DNA of 64,000 nucleotides from a virus, in the IMG/VR virus record IMGVR_UViG_3300035670_000026, positions 64,001 to 128,000 of that record. One strand, written 5' to 3'. This document shows positions 36,678-45,882 of this stretch, in pieces (position 1 is the stretch's first letter; each line of letters begins with the position of its first letter). The notes below the pieces were generated by a model. The model did no database searches. It was not told where the DNA came from and was given only the letters and a program-made list of their open reading frames with translations. The translations under genes were made by a program, and so were the position numbers.

Positions 36678-37655
36678 ATGACAAATATTATACAACCCAG
36701 ATTAGTGTACAAACCATTTGAATACCAAGAAGCAGCCGATTATTGGCTCAAGCAACAACAAGCCCATTGGCTTCATACAGAAGTACCTATGATGTCGGAT
36801 TTAACAGATTGGAGTTCAAATTTAAACGCAACTGAAAAAAATATTATTGGTTCTATTTTAAAAGGTTTTGCTCAAACAGAAACAGTAGTAAATGATTATT
36901 GGTCAGGATTAGTAACAAAATGGTTTCGCAAACCAGAAATTATTATGATGGCTACAACTTTTGGTGCTTTTGAAACAATCCATGCTGAAGCTTATTCGTT
37001 GTTAAATGAAACTTTAGGTCTTGATAATTTTGATGAATTTTTAGAAGATGAAGCTACAATGGCTAAAATTGAAAATTTAATGAATGTGAGAGATAGTTTC
37101 CAAGGTGAAACAGATTGGCATGAAGTAGCAAAATCACTAGCAATATTTTCAGCATTTACTGAAGGCGTTAATTTATTTTCTTCGTTCGCAGTGTTGTTAA
37201 GTTTTAAAATGCGTAATAAACTTAAAGGTGTAGGTCAAATCGTTGAATGGTCTATTAGAGACGAATCATTGCATTCAGAAGCTGGATGTTGGTTATTTAG
37301 AACATTAGTTCAAGAAAATCCTAAACTTAAAACCCAAGAACTTGAAGCCGCTATTAATGAAGCAGCATTACTTTCTCTTAAACTTGAGCTTGATTTTATC
37401 AATAAGGTTTATGAACTTGGAGATTTAGAAGGTTGTTCACAATATGATTTAGAACATTTTATTAAAAATAGAGTAAATACTAAATTAGGTGATTTAGGAT
37501 ATAAACCAATCATTTCGAATGTAGATATGACCGCAGTAGAAAGAATGAAATGGTTTGACCACTTATCCGCAGGTAAACAACATACTGATTTCTTTGCAAA
37601 TCGTGTAACTAATTATTCAAAAGGTCATTTAACTTGGGACGAATCAATTTTTTAA
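36678..37655 (+). CDS. nrdB: Ribonucleotide reductase class I beta subunit
   Basis: YKPFEY; HWLHTEV; FETIHAEAYS; FTEGVNLFSSF; IRDESLH; HTDFF. Confidence 0.96.
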   Translation: MTNIIQPRLVYKPFEYQEAADYWLKQQQAHWLHTEVPMMSDLTDWSSNLNATEKNIIGSILKGFAQTETVVNDYWSGLVTKWFRKPEIIMMATTFGAFETIHAEAYSLLNETLGLDNFDEFLEDEATMAKIENLMNVRDSFQGETDWHEVAKSLAIFSAFTEGVNLFSSFAVLLSFKMRNKLKGVGQIVEWSIRDESLHSEAGCWLFRTLVQENPKLKTQELEAAINEAALLSLKLELDFINKVYELGDLEGCSQYDLEHFIKNRVNTKLGDLGYKPIISNVDMTAVERMKWFDHLSAGKQHTDFFANRVTNYSKGHLTWDESIF

Positions 37656-37661
37656 TAAATA

Positions 37662-39371
37662 ATGGACAATAATTTATCAGTAGACTATACACAGTGGGAG
37701 CGTGGAAAAGACTATCCCGAATATTTTGATGAAGTAGCTCTTAGTACTATTTCTAAAGGTTATTTACTTCCAGGTGAAAATCCAAAAAAAGCATATAGAA
37801 GAGTAGCACACGCTGTAGCGATGCGTTTAAATCGCCCTGACTTAGAAAATAAATTTTTTAAATATATTTGGAATGGCTGGATTGGATTGGCTAGCCCTGT
37901 ACTCTCAAACACAGGGACAGACCGCGGATTGCCGATTAGCTGCTTTGGTATCGATACTCCAGATTCAATCAGAGGTATTGGCCTTACAAACGCTGAACTC
38001 ATGCGACTTACCTCTTACGGAGGTGGAGTTGGAATCTCCCTCTCAAGAATTAGAGGTAGAGGATCAAATATTACCGGAAACGGAAAATCTGAAGGAGTAG
38101 TTCCTTGGGCTAAAATTTATGATTCTACTATTATTGCAACTAATCAAGGTTCAGTACGTAGAGGAGCAGCTTCAGTAAATCTTGATATTAACCACGTTGA
38201 TATTAAAGAATTTTTACAAATTCGTAGACCTAAAGGCGATCCTAATAGACAGTGTCTTAATTTACACCAGTGTGTGGTTGTTGATGATGCGTTTATGAAG
38301 CGCTTAAATGATCGCGACAGCGAAGCTATGTCATTATGGCTTGAAATACTTAAATCACGTGTAGAAACGGGTGAACCATATATTATGTTTAAGGATAACG
38401 TCAATAAAGATAATCCTTTAGCATATAGAATGAATAACTTAGATGTTTCTATGACTAATATTTGTACTGAAATTACTCTACACACAGACGAGGAACATTC
38501 ATTTATTTGTTGTTTAAGTTCACTTAATTTAGCTAAATATGATGAATGGAAAAATACAGATGTAGTTGAAACTGCAATCTATTTTCTTGATGGTGTAATG
38601 GAAGAATTTATTGTTAAAACAAACGGTAAAGAATCTATGATTCGTTCACACCGTCACGCTAAAAAAGGTCGTGCACTTGGTTTAGGTGTAATGGGTTGGC
38701 ATACATTTCTACAACAAAAGAATTTACCATTTAATTCTATTGCTTCAACAGCTTGGACACATACTATCTTTAGTCAAATTAAAACACAAGCTGAGGCCGC
38801 ATCTCGTAAATTAGCAGTTGAATATGGTGAACCACTTTGGTGTAAAGGTACAGGTATGAGAAATACTCATTTATTAGCTATTGCTCCTACAGTATCAAAT
38901 TCACGTATTAATGCTTGTTCAGCAGGTATTGAACCTCAACCAGCAAACGTTTATGTTTTTAATGGTGCTAAAGGAACATTTATTGTTAAAAACCCAGAAT
39001 TAGAGGCATTACTTGAATCTAAAGGTAAAAATAATAATAGAGTTTGGGATCAAATCCTAGCAGATAATGGTTCAGTACAAAATTTATCTCATGAAATTTT
39101 AACTGATAATGAAAAAGAAATTTTCTTAACATTCCCAGAAATTAACCAGTTGGCACTAGTTCAACAAGCAGCAGTTCGTCAACGTTATATTGACCAAACT
39201 CAATCACTAAACCTTTCATTTGACCCAACTGATTCACCAAAATGGATTAATCAAGTACATATGGAAAGTTGGAAATTAGGAATTAAAACATTATATTACT
39301 TACGCACAGACTCAGTTATCAAAGGTGATTTAGGTTCACGAACTGTAGACTGTGTTGCCTGTGATGGATAA
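37662..39371 (+). CDS. nrdA: Ribonucleotide reductase class I alpha subunit (short, no ATP cone)
   Basis: PISCF; GGGVG; TNICTEI; LLAIAPT; IDQTQSLNL; KTLYY; terminal CVAC. Confidence 0.96.
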   Translation: MDNNLSVDYTQWERGKDYPEYFDEVALSTISKGYLLPGENPKKAYRRVAHAVAMRLNRPDLENKFFKYIWNGWIGLASPVLSNTGTDRGLPISCFGIDTPDSIRGIGLTNAELMRLTSYGGGVGISLSRIRGRGSNITGNGKSEGVVPWAKIYDSTIIATNQGSVRRGAASVNLDINHVDIKEFLQIRRPKGDPNRQCLNLHQCVVVDDAFMKRLNDRDSEAMSLWLEILKSRVETGEPYIMFKDNVNKDNPLAYRMNNLDVSMTNICTEITLHTDEEHSFICCLSSLNLAKYDEWKNTDVVETAIYFLDGVMEEFIVKTNGKESMIRSHRHAKKGRALGLGVMGWHTFLQQKNLPFNSIASTAWTHTIFSQIKTQAEAASRKLAVEYGEPLWCKGTGMRNTHLLAIAPTVSNSRINACSAGIEPQPANVYVFNGAKGTFIVKNPELEALLESKGKNNNRVWDQILADNGSVQNLSHEILTDNEKEIFLTFPEINQLALVQQAAVRQRYIDQTQSLNLSFDPTDSPKWINQVHMESWKLGIKTLYYLRTDSVIKGDLGSRTVDCVACDG

Positions 39372-39384
39372 AATATTTATAACT

Positions 39385-40746
39385 ATGAAAAAGTACTTAT
39401 TACCCTTAGTAATAGCACTCTCCGCCCTGTCAGTGTCAGCTTCAGCTGCATTTTATTCAGTGACTGGCCTCAGCATGTTGTTTGCTGGGGCTAGTTTTGC
39501 TGTATTAATAATGGCTTCTTCATTAGAAGTAGCTAAATTGGTGATTGCTTCTTTATTATACCAATATTGGGAAAATTTAAATAAAATTTTAAGAATATAT
39601 CTTACCATAGCAGCTTGTGTATTAGTATTAATTACATCAGCTGGTATTTATGGTTTTTTATCTGCTGCTTACCAAGAAACAGCAACTAAATCAGAAATCG
39701 TTGATAAACAAATTGCTGCCTTAGAAACTAAAAAGAAATTATACGAAGATAATAGAGATAATATTTTACAAGAAAAACAATCACTTGCAGATTTAAGAGG
39801 AACCTTATCTAAAGGTTCAACTACTCAATATACTGATAAAAATGGTAATTTAGTAGTTAGAACAAATAATGCTGCTATTCGTAATATTGAATCTGCATCT
39901 AAATCAGATGAAAAATTATCAAGTAAAATTGATATTGTAAATGATTCTATTTTTAGTTTAGAAAATCAAATATTAGAAATTAAAGTAAATAGTGAAGCAA
40001 CAAGTGAGCTAGGACCTCTTAAATATATTTCTAAGTTAACAGGTCAACCAATGGATAAAATTATCAACTGGTTCTTACTTGTTATTATTTTTGTGTTTGA
40101 TCCATTAGCTATTTCTTTAGTAATTGCTGCTAATTTTGCTTTTGCTCAAATCCGTCCTAAAAAAGAACCTTCATTAGAAGAAAATGTTGATGGAATGAGA
40201 AAAGTAGTAGAAGCATATGATGATTTAGAAGATGAAATAAAAGAATGGGATGTAACTTTAGAAGATGGATTAGAAGATTTTGAATGGGATGAATATGGTA
40301 ATCCTCTTCCCATTACAGATAAAGAACCAAATGATGTCTTAAAACAAGCTGCTGAAAAATATAAAACCCAAATTGGTATCCCAGTAATGGTTGACCCTAA
40401 AACAGGAAAACTCTTTTATGAAGAACCAGATTCCGATCCTTTAGATTTAGATAGTGATAGAATAATTGAAGAAGAAGAAATTCAACAAGTATTTGAACAA
40501 GCTGATATTGATAATGATGGTGTTATAGACGAAAAAGAAGCTAATTTATCTAATTTATCAGAAGAACAAACACAAGAACTTAATGATTTAAAACAATCTT
40601 TAGATGTTTTAGAAAATATTAATCAGAATACTAATTATGAATTTCAGTGGAAAAAAGATAAAATCACCGAAGAAATTAAAAAAATAAAAGAAAAATTATT
40701 AAAGAAATTTAATAAAGATGATGATACTACAATAACGTATTTTTAA
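39385..40746 (+). CDS. Multi-pass membrane protein with coiled coil and acidic EF-hand-like tail
   Basis: Three N-terminal hydrophobic segments, coiled coil, further TM segment FLLVIIFVFDPLAISLVIAA, and a DIDNDGVIDEKE loop. Start reassigned to ATG at 39385. Confidence 0.75.
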   Translation: MKKYLLPLVIALSALSVSASAAFYSVTGLSMLFAGASFAVLIMASSLEVAKLVIASLLYQYWENLNKILRIYLTIAACVLVLITSAGIYGFLSAAYQETATKSEIVDKQIAALETKKKLYEDNRDNILQEKQSLADLRGTLSKGSTTQYTDKNGNLVVRTNNAAIRNIESASKSDEKLSSKIDIVNDSIFSLENQILEIKVNSEATSELGPLKYISKLTGQPMDKIINWFLLVIIFVFDPLAISLVIAANFAFAQIRPKKEPSLEENVDGMRKVVEAYDDLEDEIKEWDVTLEDGLEDFEWDEYGNPLPITDKEPNDVLKQAAEKYKTQIGIPVMVDPKTGKLFYEEPDSDPLDLDSDRIIEEEEIQQVFEQADIDNDGVIDEKEANLSNLSEEQTQELNDLKQSLDVLENINQNTNYEFQWKKDKITEEIKKIKEKLLKKFNKDDDTTITYF

Positions 40747-40770
40747 AAAAGGAGCGCTTAATTGCGCTCC
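40745..40770 (-). terminator. Terminator between convergent genes
   Basis: GGAGCGC-ttaatt-GCGCTCC hairpin preceded by A6, which is a U tract on the minus strand. Confidence 0.7.
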
Positions 40771-40973
40771 TCTCTATTTGTTATTGATACGGCTATAATT
40801 TTATTATATTCATCTAATGTTAATCTAGTTCGAGTAACTATAATAACGTGGTCCTCATAAATTAATGCTTGTCTGGTTATTTTAGGAGTTTCACTTACTT
40901 TATGAGCTACAAAATTAGTTGAAGAACAAGCAGTCATAACTAACACAACCCCAATTAATAATAGTTTTTTCAT
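40758..40973 (-). CDS. Small lipoprotein
   Basis: MKKLLLIGVVLVMTAC-SS signal II/lipobox from the ATG at 40973. It is the only credible minus-strand gene, with ATATTTATA upstream on the minus strand. Confidence 0.7.
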   Translation of the reverse strand: MKKLLLIGVVLVMTACSSTNFVAHKVSETPKITRQALIYEDHVIIVTRTRLTLDEYNKIIAVSITNREERN

Positions 40974-41063
40974 TTTGTTTTTTGGTTTTAGGGTTAAACT
41001 AATATTACGTGTATAAATATTAGTCATTTTAACGTCATTTCAAATTCATAAAAAACGTCATAT

Positions 41064-41126
41064 TAAAAATTTGGCTTTCCGAAATTTCGTTCGTATATTT
41101 ACCCCATAATAGAAATAAAGGTTATG
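41064..41126 (+). promoter_or_regulatory. Promoter/leader repeat, copy 1
   Basis: TTGG 41071-41074, TATATT 41094-41099, then cccataatagaaataaaggttATG; near-identical to 41352-41415. Confidence 0.8.
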
Positions 41127-41354
41127 ATAAGTCAAGAAGAAATTTACCAAGCAGAACAAGAATTAGCTCGTTTTAATGAGTTGATGAGCAAAGAGATTCT
41201 TAATCAAGAAGAGTATGAATTTTGTAAAGCATGGGATGCTGAAGAAGCTAAAAATTTATTCTATAATGCTTGGAATAATACCTATCTCAACTTAAATGTT
41301 TATTCTGAGGTTGAACATGAGTGTCGCCAATTTGAAATGGAAAGAGGTTTTTAA
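41124..41354 (+). CDS. Hypothetical early protein
   Basis: Own promoter and GGTT-ATG start; acidic 76 aa. Confidence 0.75.
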   Translation: MISQEEIYQAEQELARFNELMSKEILNQEEYEFCKAWDAEEAKNLFYNAWNNTYLNLNVYSEVEHECRQFEMERGF

Positions 41355-41415
41355 AAATTTGGTTTCCTAAAAAATATTTCGTATATTCATCCCATAATAA
41401 AAAATAAAGGTTATG
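41352..41415 (+). promoter_or_regulatory. Promoter/leader repeat, copy 2
   Basis: TTGG 41359-41362, TATATT 41382-41387, then cccataataaaaaataaaggttATG. Confidence 0.8.
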
Positions 41416-41619
41416 ACAAGAGTAAGTTTATTAATCCAAAGTCACTTAAGTGATGTGTTAATTGAAATGAATATTCCACAACTTCAAGAACAAGCTCAAG
41501 AACGTTTAGAGTTCGTAAAATGGTTAGTCCATATGTTTCCTGAAACCGATGTACGTGTTGATGCTGATGTGGTTTACAAACAATTTAGATTAAAACAACA
41601 AGTAAGTTTGGAAAATTAA
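41413..41619 (+). CDS. Hypothetical early protein
   Basis: Own promoter and GGTT-ATG start. Confidence 0.75.
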   Translation: MTRVSLLIQSHLSDVLIEMNIPQLQEQAQERLEFVKWLVHMFPETDVRVDADVVYKQFRLKQQVSLEN

Positions 41620-41636
41620 AAAATTATTATTATATT
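41608..41636 (+). promoter_or_regulatory. TTGG-N19-TATATT promoter
   Basis: Exact spacing. Confidence 0.65.
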
Positions 41637-41650
41637 TAAATAAAAAAGTT

Positions 41651-41857
41651 ATGACACAAGAAGAATTCGACTACAAACACACAGACATGATTAATTATTT
41701 GATTGATTTGAATCATGAAGCTGCAGAAGTATGGAAATTTCATCCTAAGAATCCCAATCGCATTGATCCTGTTCAGTACCATGAAATTTTGGTAGCAAAA
41801 ATTGCTCAAGTAGAAGCAGAAGAAGCAGAATTCGTTGCACAATATGGGAACCTATAG
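41651..41857 (+). CDS. Hypothetical early protein
   Basis: AAGTT-ATG start; WKFHPKNPNR. Confidence 0.7.
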   Translation: MTQEEFDYKHTDMINYLIDLNHEAAEVWKFHPKNPNRIDPVQYHEILVAKIAQVEAEEAEFVAQYGNL

Positions 41858-42440
41858 TTTTATTAAAGCTAGTTGCATAAAACATAGTCGAGAGGTAGTT
41901 ACGGAGCGTATTAAAAAGCTCCAACCTCTCAACTATAATAAATTTATGTGGTGGCGTCAATTTACTGATAATGTTAAGCCATTAGGTAAACGTGCTACTC
42001 TTAAAGATCGAATCGCAAACCGTGAATTTGAACCATCAACTTATTTATGGCAGGCGCAATATGCTTTGTATCAAGCATTAGACAAAATCAATCTTCAAAC
42101 TGATGATCATCAAAAGCAAATGGAAAATCTTGCTGTTGATTTGGCTCGTTATAAACGTTTGATGGAAGATTATGAAAAAGAAGAATCACAACGCATGGAA
42201 GCATTATATGATGCTTTTATATCTGCTTTCAAAATTACTAGAGAAGAATTAGAAGAAAAATTTCTTAATTGGCCCGGTGATATTGCTTCATTTTATAATC
42301 ATGCTGAAAACTTTCTTTATACAACCCCAGCTGAAAATCGTAAAAATATGAGAGGTCGTCCTAAAAAAATACAACCTATACAAGTTCAAAACAAACTAAA
42401 ACGTGGGAGAGGACGTCCTCGTAAAAATGAAATGTTTTAA
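41844..42440 (+). CDS. Hypothetical protein with C-terminal AT-hook motifs
   Basis: RGRPKK and KRGRGRPRK near the C-terminus; ATG at 41844. Confidence 0.7.
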   Translation: MGTYSFIKASCIKHSREVVTERIKKLQPLNYNKFMWWRQFTDNVKPLGKRATLKDRIANREFEPSTYLWQAQYALYQALDKINLQTDDHQKQMENLAVDLARYKRLMEDYEKEESQRMEALYDAFISAFKITREELEEKFLNWPGDIASFYNHAENFLYTTPAENRKNMRGRPKKIQPIQVQNKLKRGRGRPRKNEMF

Positions 42441-42442
42441 AA

Positions 42443-42592
42443 ATGATAGAAATTATTAGACATAGTTTAGGATTTTGTGGTGATCATTACCATCCAAATC
42501 TTTTTACAATTTTAGCTAGTGGGCTTGGAGTCCTCCCAGCTTTTAATTATATTTATTTCAAATATATTAAGCGTTATGACAAAAAGAATTAA
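42443..42592 (+). CDS. Small hypothetical membrane-associated protein (49 aa, not in ORF track)
   Basis: MIEIIRHSLGFCGDHYHPNLFTILASGLGVLPAFNYIYFKYIKRYDKKN; fills the gap and starts 2 nt after the upstream stop. Confidence 0.6.
   Translation: MIEIIRHSLGFCGDHYHPNLFTILASGLGVLPAFNYIYFKYIKRYDKKN
42525..42553 (+). promoter_or_regulatory. TTGG-N19-TATATT promoter
   Basis: Exact spacing, upstream of the DpdA-like gene. Confidence 0.65.
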
Positions 42593-43373
42593 GGTTTCAC
42601 ATGAAGTTCCTTTTAGTTTATTGAATTATAGTCGTGAATTTAATGATTACGATTATTGTCTTCCTCATTTGTTAGACCAAAATGAAGAATATTTGGCTTA
42701 TTTTAAACAAGCTAAGACAGAAGGTCGTTATATTATAATGGATAATTCGCTTCACGAGTTGGGTGAAGCTTATGATTCAAATCGTTTATGGCACTGGATA
42801 AACGAATTACAACCAAATGAATTTATTGTACCTGATGTTTGGGAAAATAAAACACAGAGTGTTGTAAACGCTCGTCAGTGGATTAAATATGAATATCCCG
42901 AAAATACTATCCCAGTAGCAGTAGTTCAAGCCCAAACACTTCATGAAGCATTTGAATGCACTCAAACTTATAAAGATTTGGGATACCAGAAAATTGCTTA
43001 TTCATATGGTGCTTCTTATTATAACGATGTTTGTGTTCATCCTAATAAACATTTAGGTAAAGCACTTGGTCGTGTATATGTAATTTCTACTTTGTATAAG
43101 CAAGGAGTTTTAACTCCAAATGACCGAGTACATCTATTAGGTTGCCAAGTACCTCAAGAATTTGGTTGGTATCAAGGTATTGAATGTATTGAATCAATTG
43201 ATACATCAAACCCAATCATGGCCGCACTAGATGGTAATACTATTAATTTCTTTGGTTTAACAGAAAAACCAGAAGCCAACATGAATAATTTTCAAGAATT
43301 ACCTTCAGAAGATATTGATTTGGATATTATTGATAATAATGTTGAAATGTTTCGTTTAATTAATAATTTATAA
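42576..43373 (+). CDS. TGT-fold DpdA-like DNA deazaguanine transglycosylase
   Basis: IIMDNSLHE, IVPDV, VAVVQ, VHLLG and ESIDTS match the order of TGT/DpdA motifs; clustered with queC/D/E and folE. Start reassigned to ATG at 42576. Confidence 0.65.
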   Translation: MTKRIKVSHEVPFSLLNYSREFNDYDYCLPHLLDQNEEYLAYFKQAKTEGRYIIMDNSLHELGEAYDSNRLWHWINELQPNEFIVPDVWENKTQSVVNARQWIKYEYPENTIPVAVVQAQTLHEAFECTQTYKDLGYQKIAYSYGASYYNDVCVHPNKHLGKALGRVYVISTLYKQGVLTPNDRVHLLGCQVPQEFGWYQGIECIESIDTSNPIMAALDGNTINFFGLTEKPEANMNNFQELPSEDIDLDIIDNNVEMFRLINNL

Positions 43374-43376
43374 GTT

Positions 43377-43580
43377 ATGGACACACAAACCGAATATAAA
43401 TCATTGTTTGATTATCTAGGTCACGCCGCTGGTAGTGATCTGGGAAAACAAGTAGCTGCAGCTGCATCAGCAGAAAAAGTAAGAATTTCTGCCAAGTACG
43501 TTCAAAATTCAAAATATAAAGGAGAAATTTTGATGTATCCTATTGATTGGTTAGACTATTACTTTTCAAATAAAAAATAA
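43377..43580 (+). CDS. Hypothetical protein
   Basis: AAGTT-ATG start; SLFDYLGHAAGSDLGKQV. Confidence 0.7.
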   Translation: MDTQTEYKSLFDYLGHAAGSDLGKQVAAAASAEKVRISAKYVQNSKYKGEILMYPIDWLDYYFSNKK

Positions 43581-43581
43581 T

Positions 43582-43716
43582 ATGAACCAACAACAAATAA
43601 ACCCAGCTTGGGAAGCTGAAATTAAGAAAGTTTTAGACGAACTTTGGAAAAATCGTTTTAATTTAAGTTTGCGTAATGTAGAAACTTTACGTAGATTCGC
43701 TAATAAAAAATCGTAA
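43582..43716 (+). CDS. Small hypothetical protein (44 aa, not in ORF track)
   Basis: MNQQQINPAWEAEIKKVLDELWKNRFNLSLRNVETLRRFANKKS; 1-nt gaps to both neighbours. Confidence 0.6.
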   Translation: MNQQQINPAWEAEIKKVLDELWKNRFNLSLRNVETLRRFANKKS

Positions 43717-43717
43717 T

Positions 43718-44593
43718 ATGGCAAAACATGTAGTAGTTAGTCTTAGCGGAGGGATGGACTCCTCAACATTGTTACTTCGTTGCTTAAAAGAGTACGATAC
43801 AGTAACAGCACTTTCATTTGATTATGGACAAAAACATAGAGTTGAACTTGAACGTGCTCAATCGTTAGTAGATTATTTGAATTCTAATTGTGAAGAAAAT
43901 AATTGTTATGGGGGTTGTAAAGTAAACTACCGAGTTATTAAGCTCGATGGTTTAGTTGATTTACTTAATTCAGCACTCGTAACAGGTGGAGATGAAGTAC
44001 CTGAAGGACATTATGCTGAAGAAAATATGAAAGCAACAGTTGTTCCTAATCGTAACAAAATCTTTGCTTCAATTACTCAAGCAGTTGCACTTTCAATTGC
44101 TGATAAAACAGGTGAACCATGTGACATTGCAATGGGTATTCACGCGGGTGATCATGCAATTTATCCTGATTGTCGCCAAGAATTCCGTGATGCAGATGAT
44201 GCAGCATTTAGAATTGGTAACTGGGGTTCTGAGAAAGTAGGTTACTTTACACCATATCTTGAAGGTGATAAATTTACCATTTTACAAGATGGAGAAGTAT
44301 TGTGTAGTGAATTAGGACTTGATTTTGATGAAGTATATTCTCGTACAAACACTTCATATAAACCAATTTATATTCCTTATCCTGAAAGTAAATCAAGAGT
44401 AGAAGAAACACTTAGAACTAAATTTGGTGAATGGTATTCTGATTACAAATCAGCATCGTCAGTTGAACGTGTAGAAGCGTTTATTAAATTAGGTCGCCCT
44501 GATCCAGTAGAATATGCTGACGAGACCGGTCCTGTAACTTGGGAACATGTAGTAACAGAAGTATTTAAAGTACTAGAAAGTTATGAAAAATAA
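43718..44593 (+). CDS. queC: 7-cyano-7-deazaguanine synthase
   Basis: SLSGGMDSST; FDYGQKH; VPNRN; HAGDHAIYPDCRQEF. Confidence 0.93.
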   Translation: MAKHVVVSLSGGMDSSTLLLRCLKEYDTVTALSFDYGQKHRVELERAQSLVDYLNSNCEENNCYGGCKVNYRVIKLDGLVDLLNSALVTGGDEVPEGHYAEENMKATVVPNRNKIFASITQAVALSIADKTGEPCDIAMGIHAGDHAIYPDCRQEFRDADDAAFRIGNWGSEKVGYFTPYLEGDKFTILQDGEVLCSELGLDFDEVYSRTNTSYKPIYIPYPESKSRVEETLRTKFGEWYSDYKSASSVERVEAFIKLGRPDPVEYADETGPVTWEHVVTEVFKVLESYEK

Positions 44594-45146
44594 TCCTTTT
44601 AAACGTCTTCAAGAATTAGCAGGAATTATTACCGAAGAAAAACAAACATACGATTATGGTTGTGCTATGTTGTATTTTAATCTTCCAGAAATGAATAAAA
44701 TCCATGATGCTATTAATCCTAATGATGTTTATATTCAAGAGGGTGATCGCTCATTTGGATTTGAGACTGAACCACATTGTACTTTGCTTTATGGTTTACA
44801 CGAGGGAGTAACAACAGAAGATATTGAAAAAGTATTAGATAAGTATACTTATTATACTTGTAAAGCACATAACGCCTCTTTGTTTGAGAATCCTGAGTTT
44901 GATGTTTTAAAATTTGATGTTAAGGGGGATAATTTAAATGAGACAAATGCTGATTTACAACAATATCCATTTACTTCTAATTTCCCTGATTATCACCCAC
45001 ACATGACTATTGCTTATTTGAAATCAGGTAGTGGAAAAAGATATGTTCAAATGCTTAAAGGTGTGGAATTTGATTTGGCACCTCAGTATGCTGTGTATTC
45101 AAAACCAAATGGTGATAAAGATAAAATCAATATTAAAATAGATTAG
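44583..45146 (+). CDS. 2H phosphoesterase, T4 57B/Acb1-like
   Basis: Two HxT motifs, EPHCTLLYG and DYHPHMTIAY. Confidence 0.75.
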   Translation: MKNNPFKRLQELAGIITEEKQTYDYGCAMLYFNLPEMNKIHDAINPNDVYIQEGDRSFGFETEPHCTLLYGLHEGVTTEDIEKVLDKYTYYTCKAHNASLFENPEFDVLKFDVKGDNLNETNADLQQYPFTSNFPDYHPHMTIAYLKSGSGKRYVQMLKGVEFDLAPQYAVYSKPNGDKDKINIKID

Positions 45147-45149
45147 ACT

Positions 45150-45434
45150 ATGAGTGATGGAATTACAGAAGCTCGTAGAGGTACTTATTGGAAAAACGAC
45201 AAATACGACAAAAGTATAATTAATTGGGAATTACATCAACAATTAAATAGTAAAAAATCAAAAATAGATAAAGATTTTAAACATATGCCTAACCAAAAAT
45301 GGCATAAAATTATAAGCTTTATCAAATCAGGAGTGCGTATCTTAGGATACGCTCTTCTCCCATTTAATTTGGTAGTTGCAACAATTGTACTTATATTTAG
45401 CGAAGTTATTGGAATTATAGAAGAATTAGTATGA
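45150..45434 (+). CDS. Hypothetical membrane protein
   Basis: Hydrophobic C-terminus ISFIKSGVRILGYALL...EVIGIIEELV. Confidence 0.65.
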   Translation: MSDGITEARRGTYWKNDKYDKSIINWELHQQLNSKKSKIDKDFKHMPNQKWHKIISFIKSGVRILGYALLPFNLVVATIVLIFSEVIGIIEELV

Positions 45435-45637
45435 TAAAAAGACACTACCGAAAATCACTTCCCCAACCTGAAATGTACATTATAGTAAATCAGGATGGAA
45501 AAGTATTTATTGGTTTAAAAGGTGGTTACCCTGAATATTCTTCAGATTGGTCTCAAGCCAAACCACTATTTATAGAGAACACAAAACATCTTTTAAGAGA
45601 AAAAGGAACAGAATTAATTAAAGAATCAGAATTATGA
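45431..45637 (+). CDS. Hypothetical protein
   Basis: Overlapping start/stop coupling with both neighbours. Confidence 0.65.
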   Translation: MIKRHYRKSLPQPEMYIIVNQDGKVFIGLKGGYPEYSSDWSQAKPLFIENTKHLLREKGTELIKESEL

Positions 45638-45882
45638 AACAACTATGGTATTTTTCGGCTCCCTGGTGTGGACCGTGTAAACAATTTGGTCCTACTATGG
45701 ACCGTGTATCCAACCAAGGTATCCCCGTTAATAAAGTAAATGTAGATTATGAACCAGATGCTACTACTAAATTTGGAATTAAAAGTGTCCCTACAGTTAT
45801 TTTAGTAGAAAACGGACAAGAAATAAAACGCTTTACAGGTGTAAAATCAGAACAAGACGTAATTAATTTTTATAATGGGTAG
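45634..45882 (+). CDS. trxA: Thioredoxin
   Basis: FSAPWCGPCK; GIKSVPT. Confidence 0.93.
   Translation: MKQLWYFSAPWCGPCKQFGPTMDRVSNQGIPVNKVNVDYEPDATTKFGIKSVPTVILVENGQEIKRFTGVKSEQDVINFYNG

Noticed and set aside
41021-41062. Short direct repeat AACGTCAT (41031, 41054) between divergent promoters
   Set aside because: Only two 8-mers in AT-rich DNA; it could be an operator, but support is insufficient.
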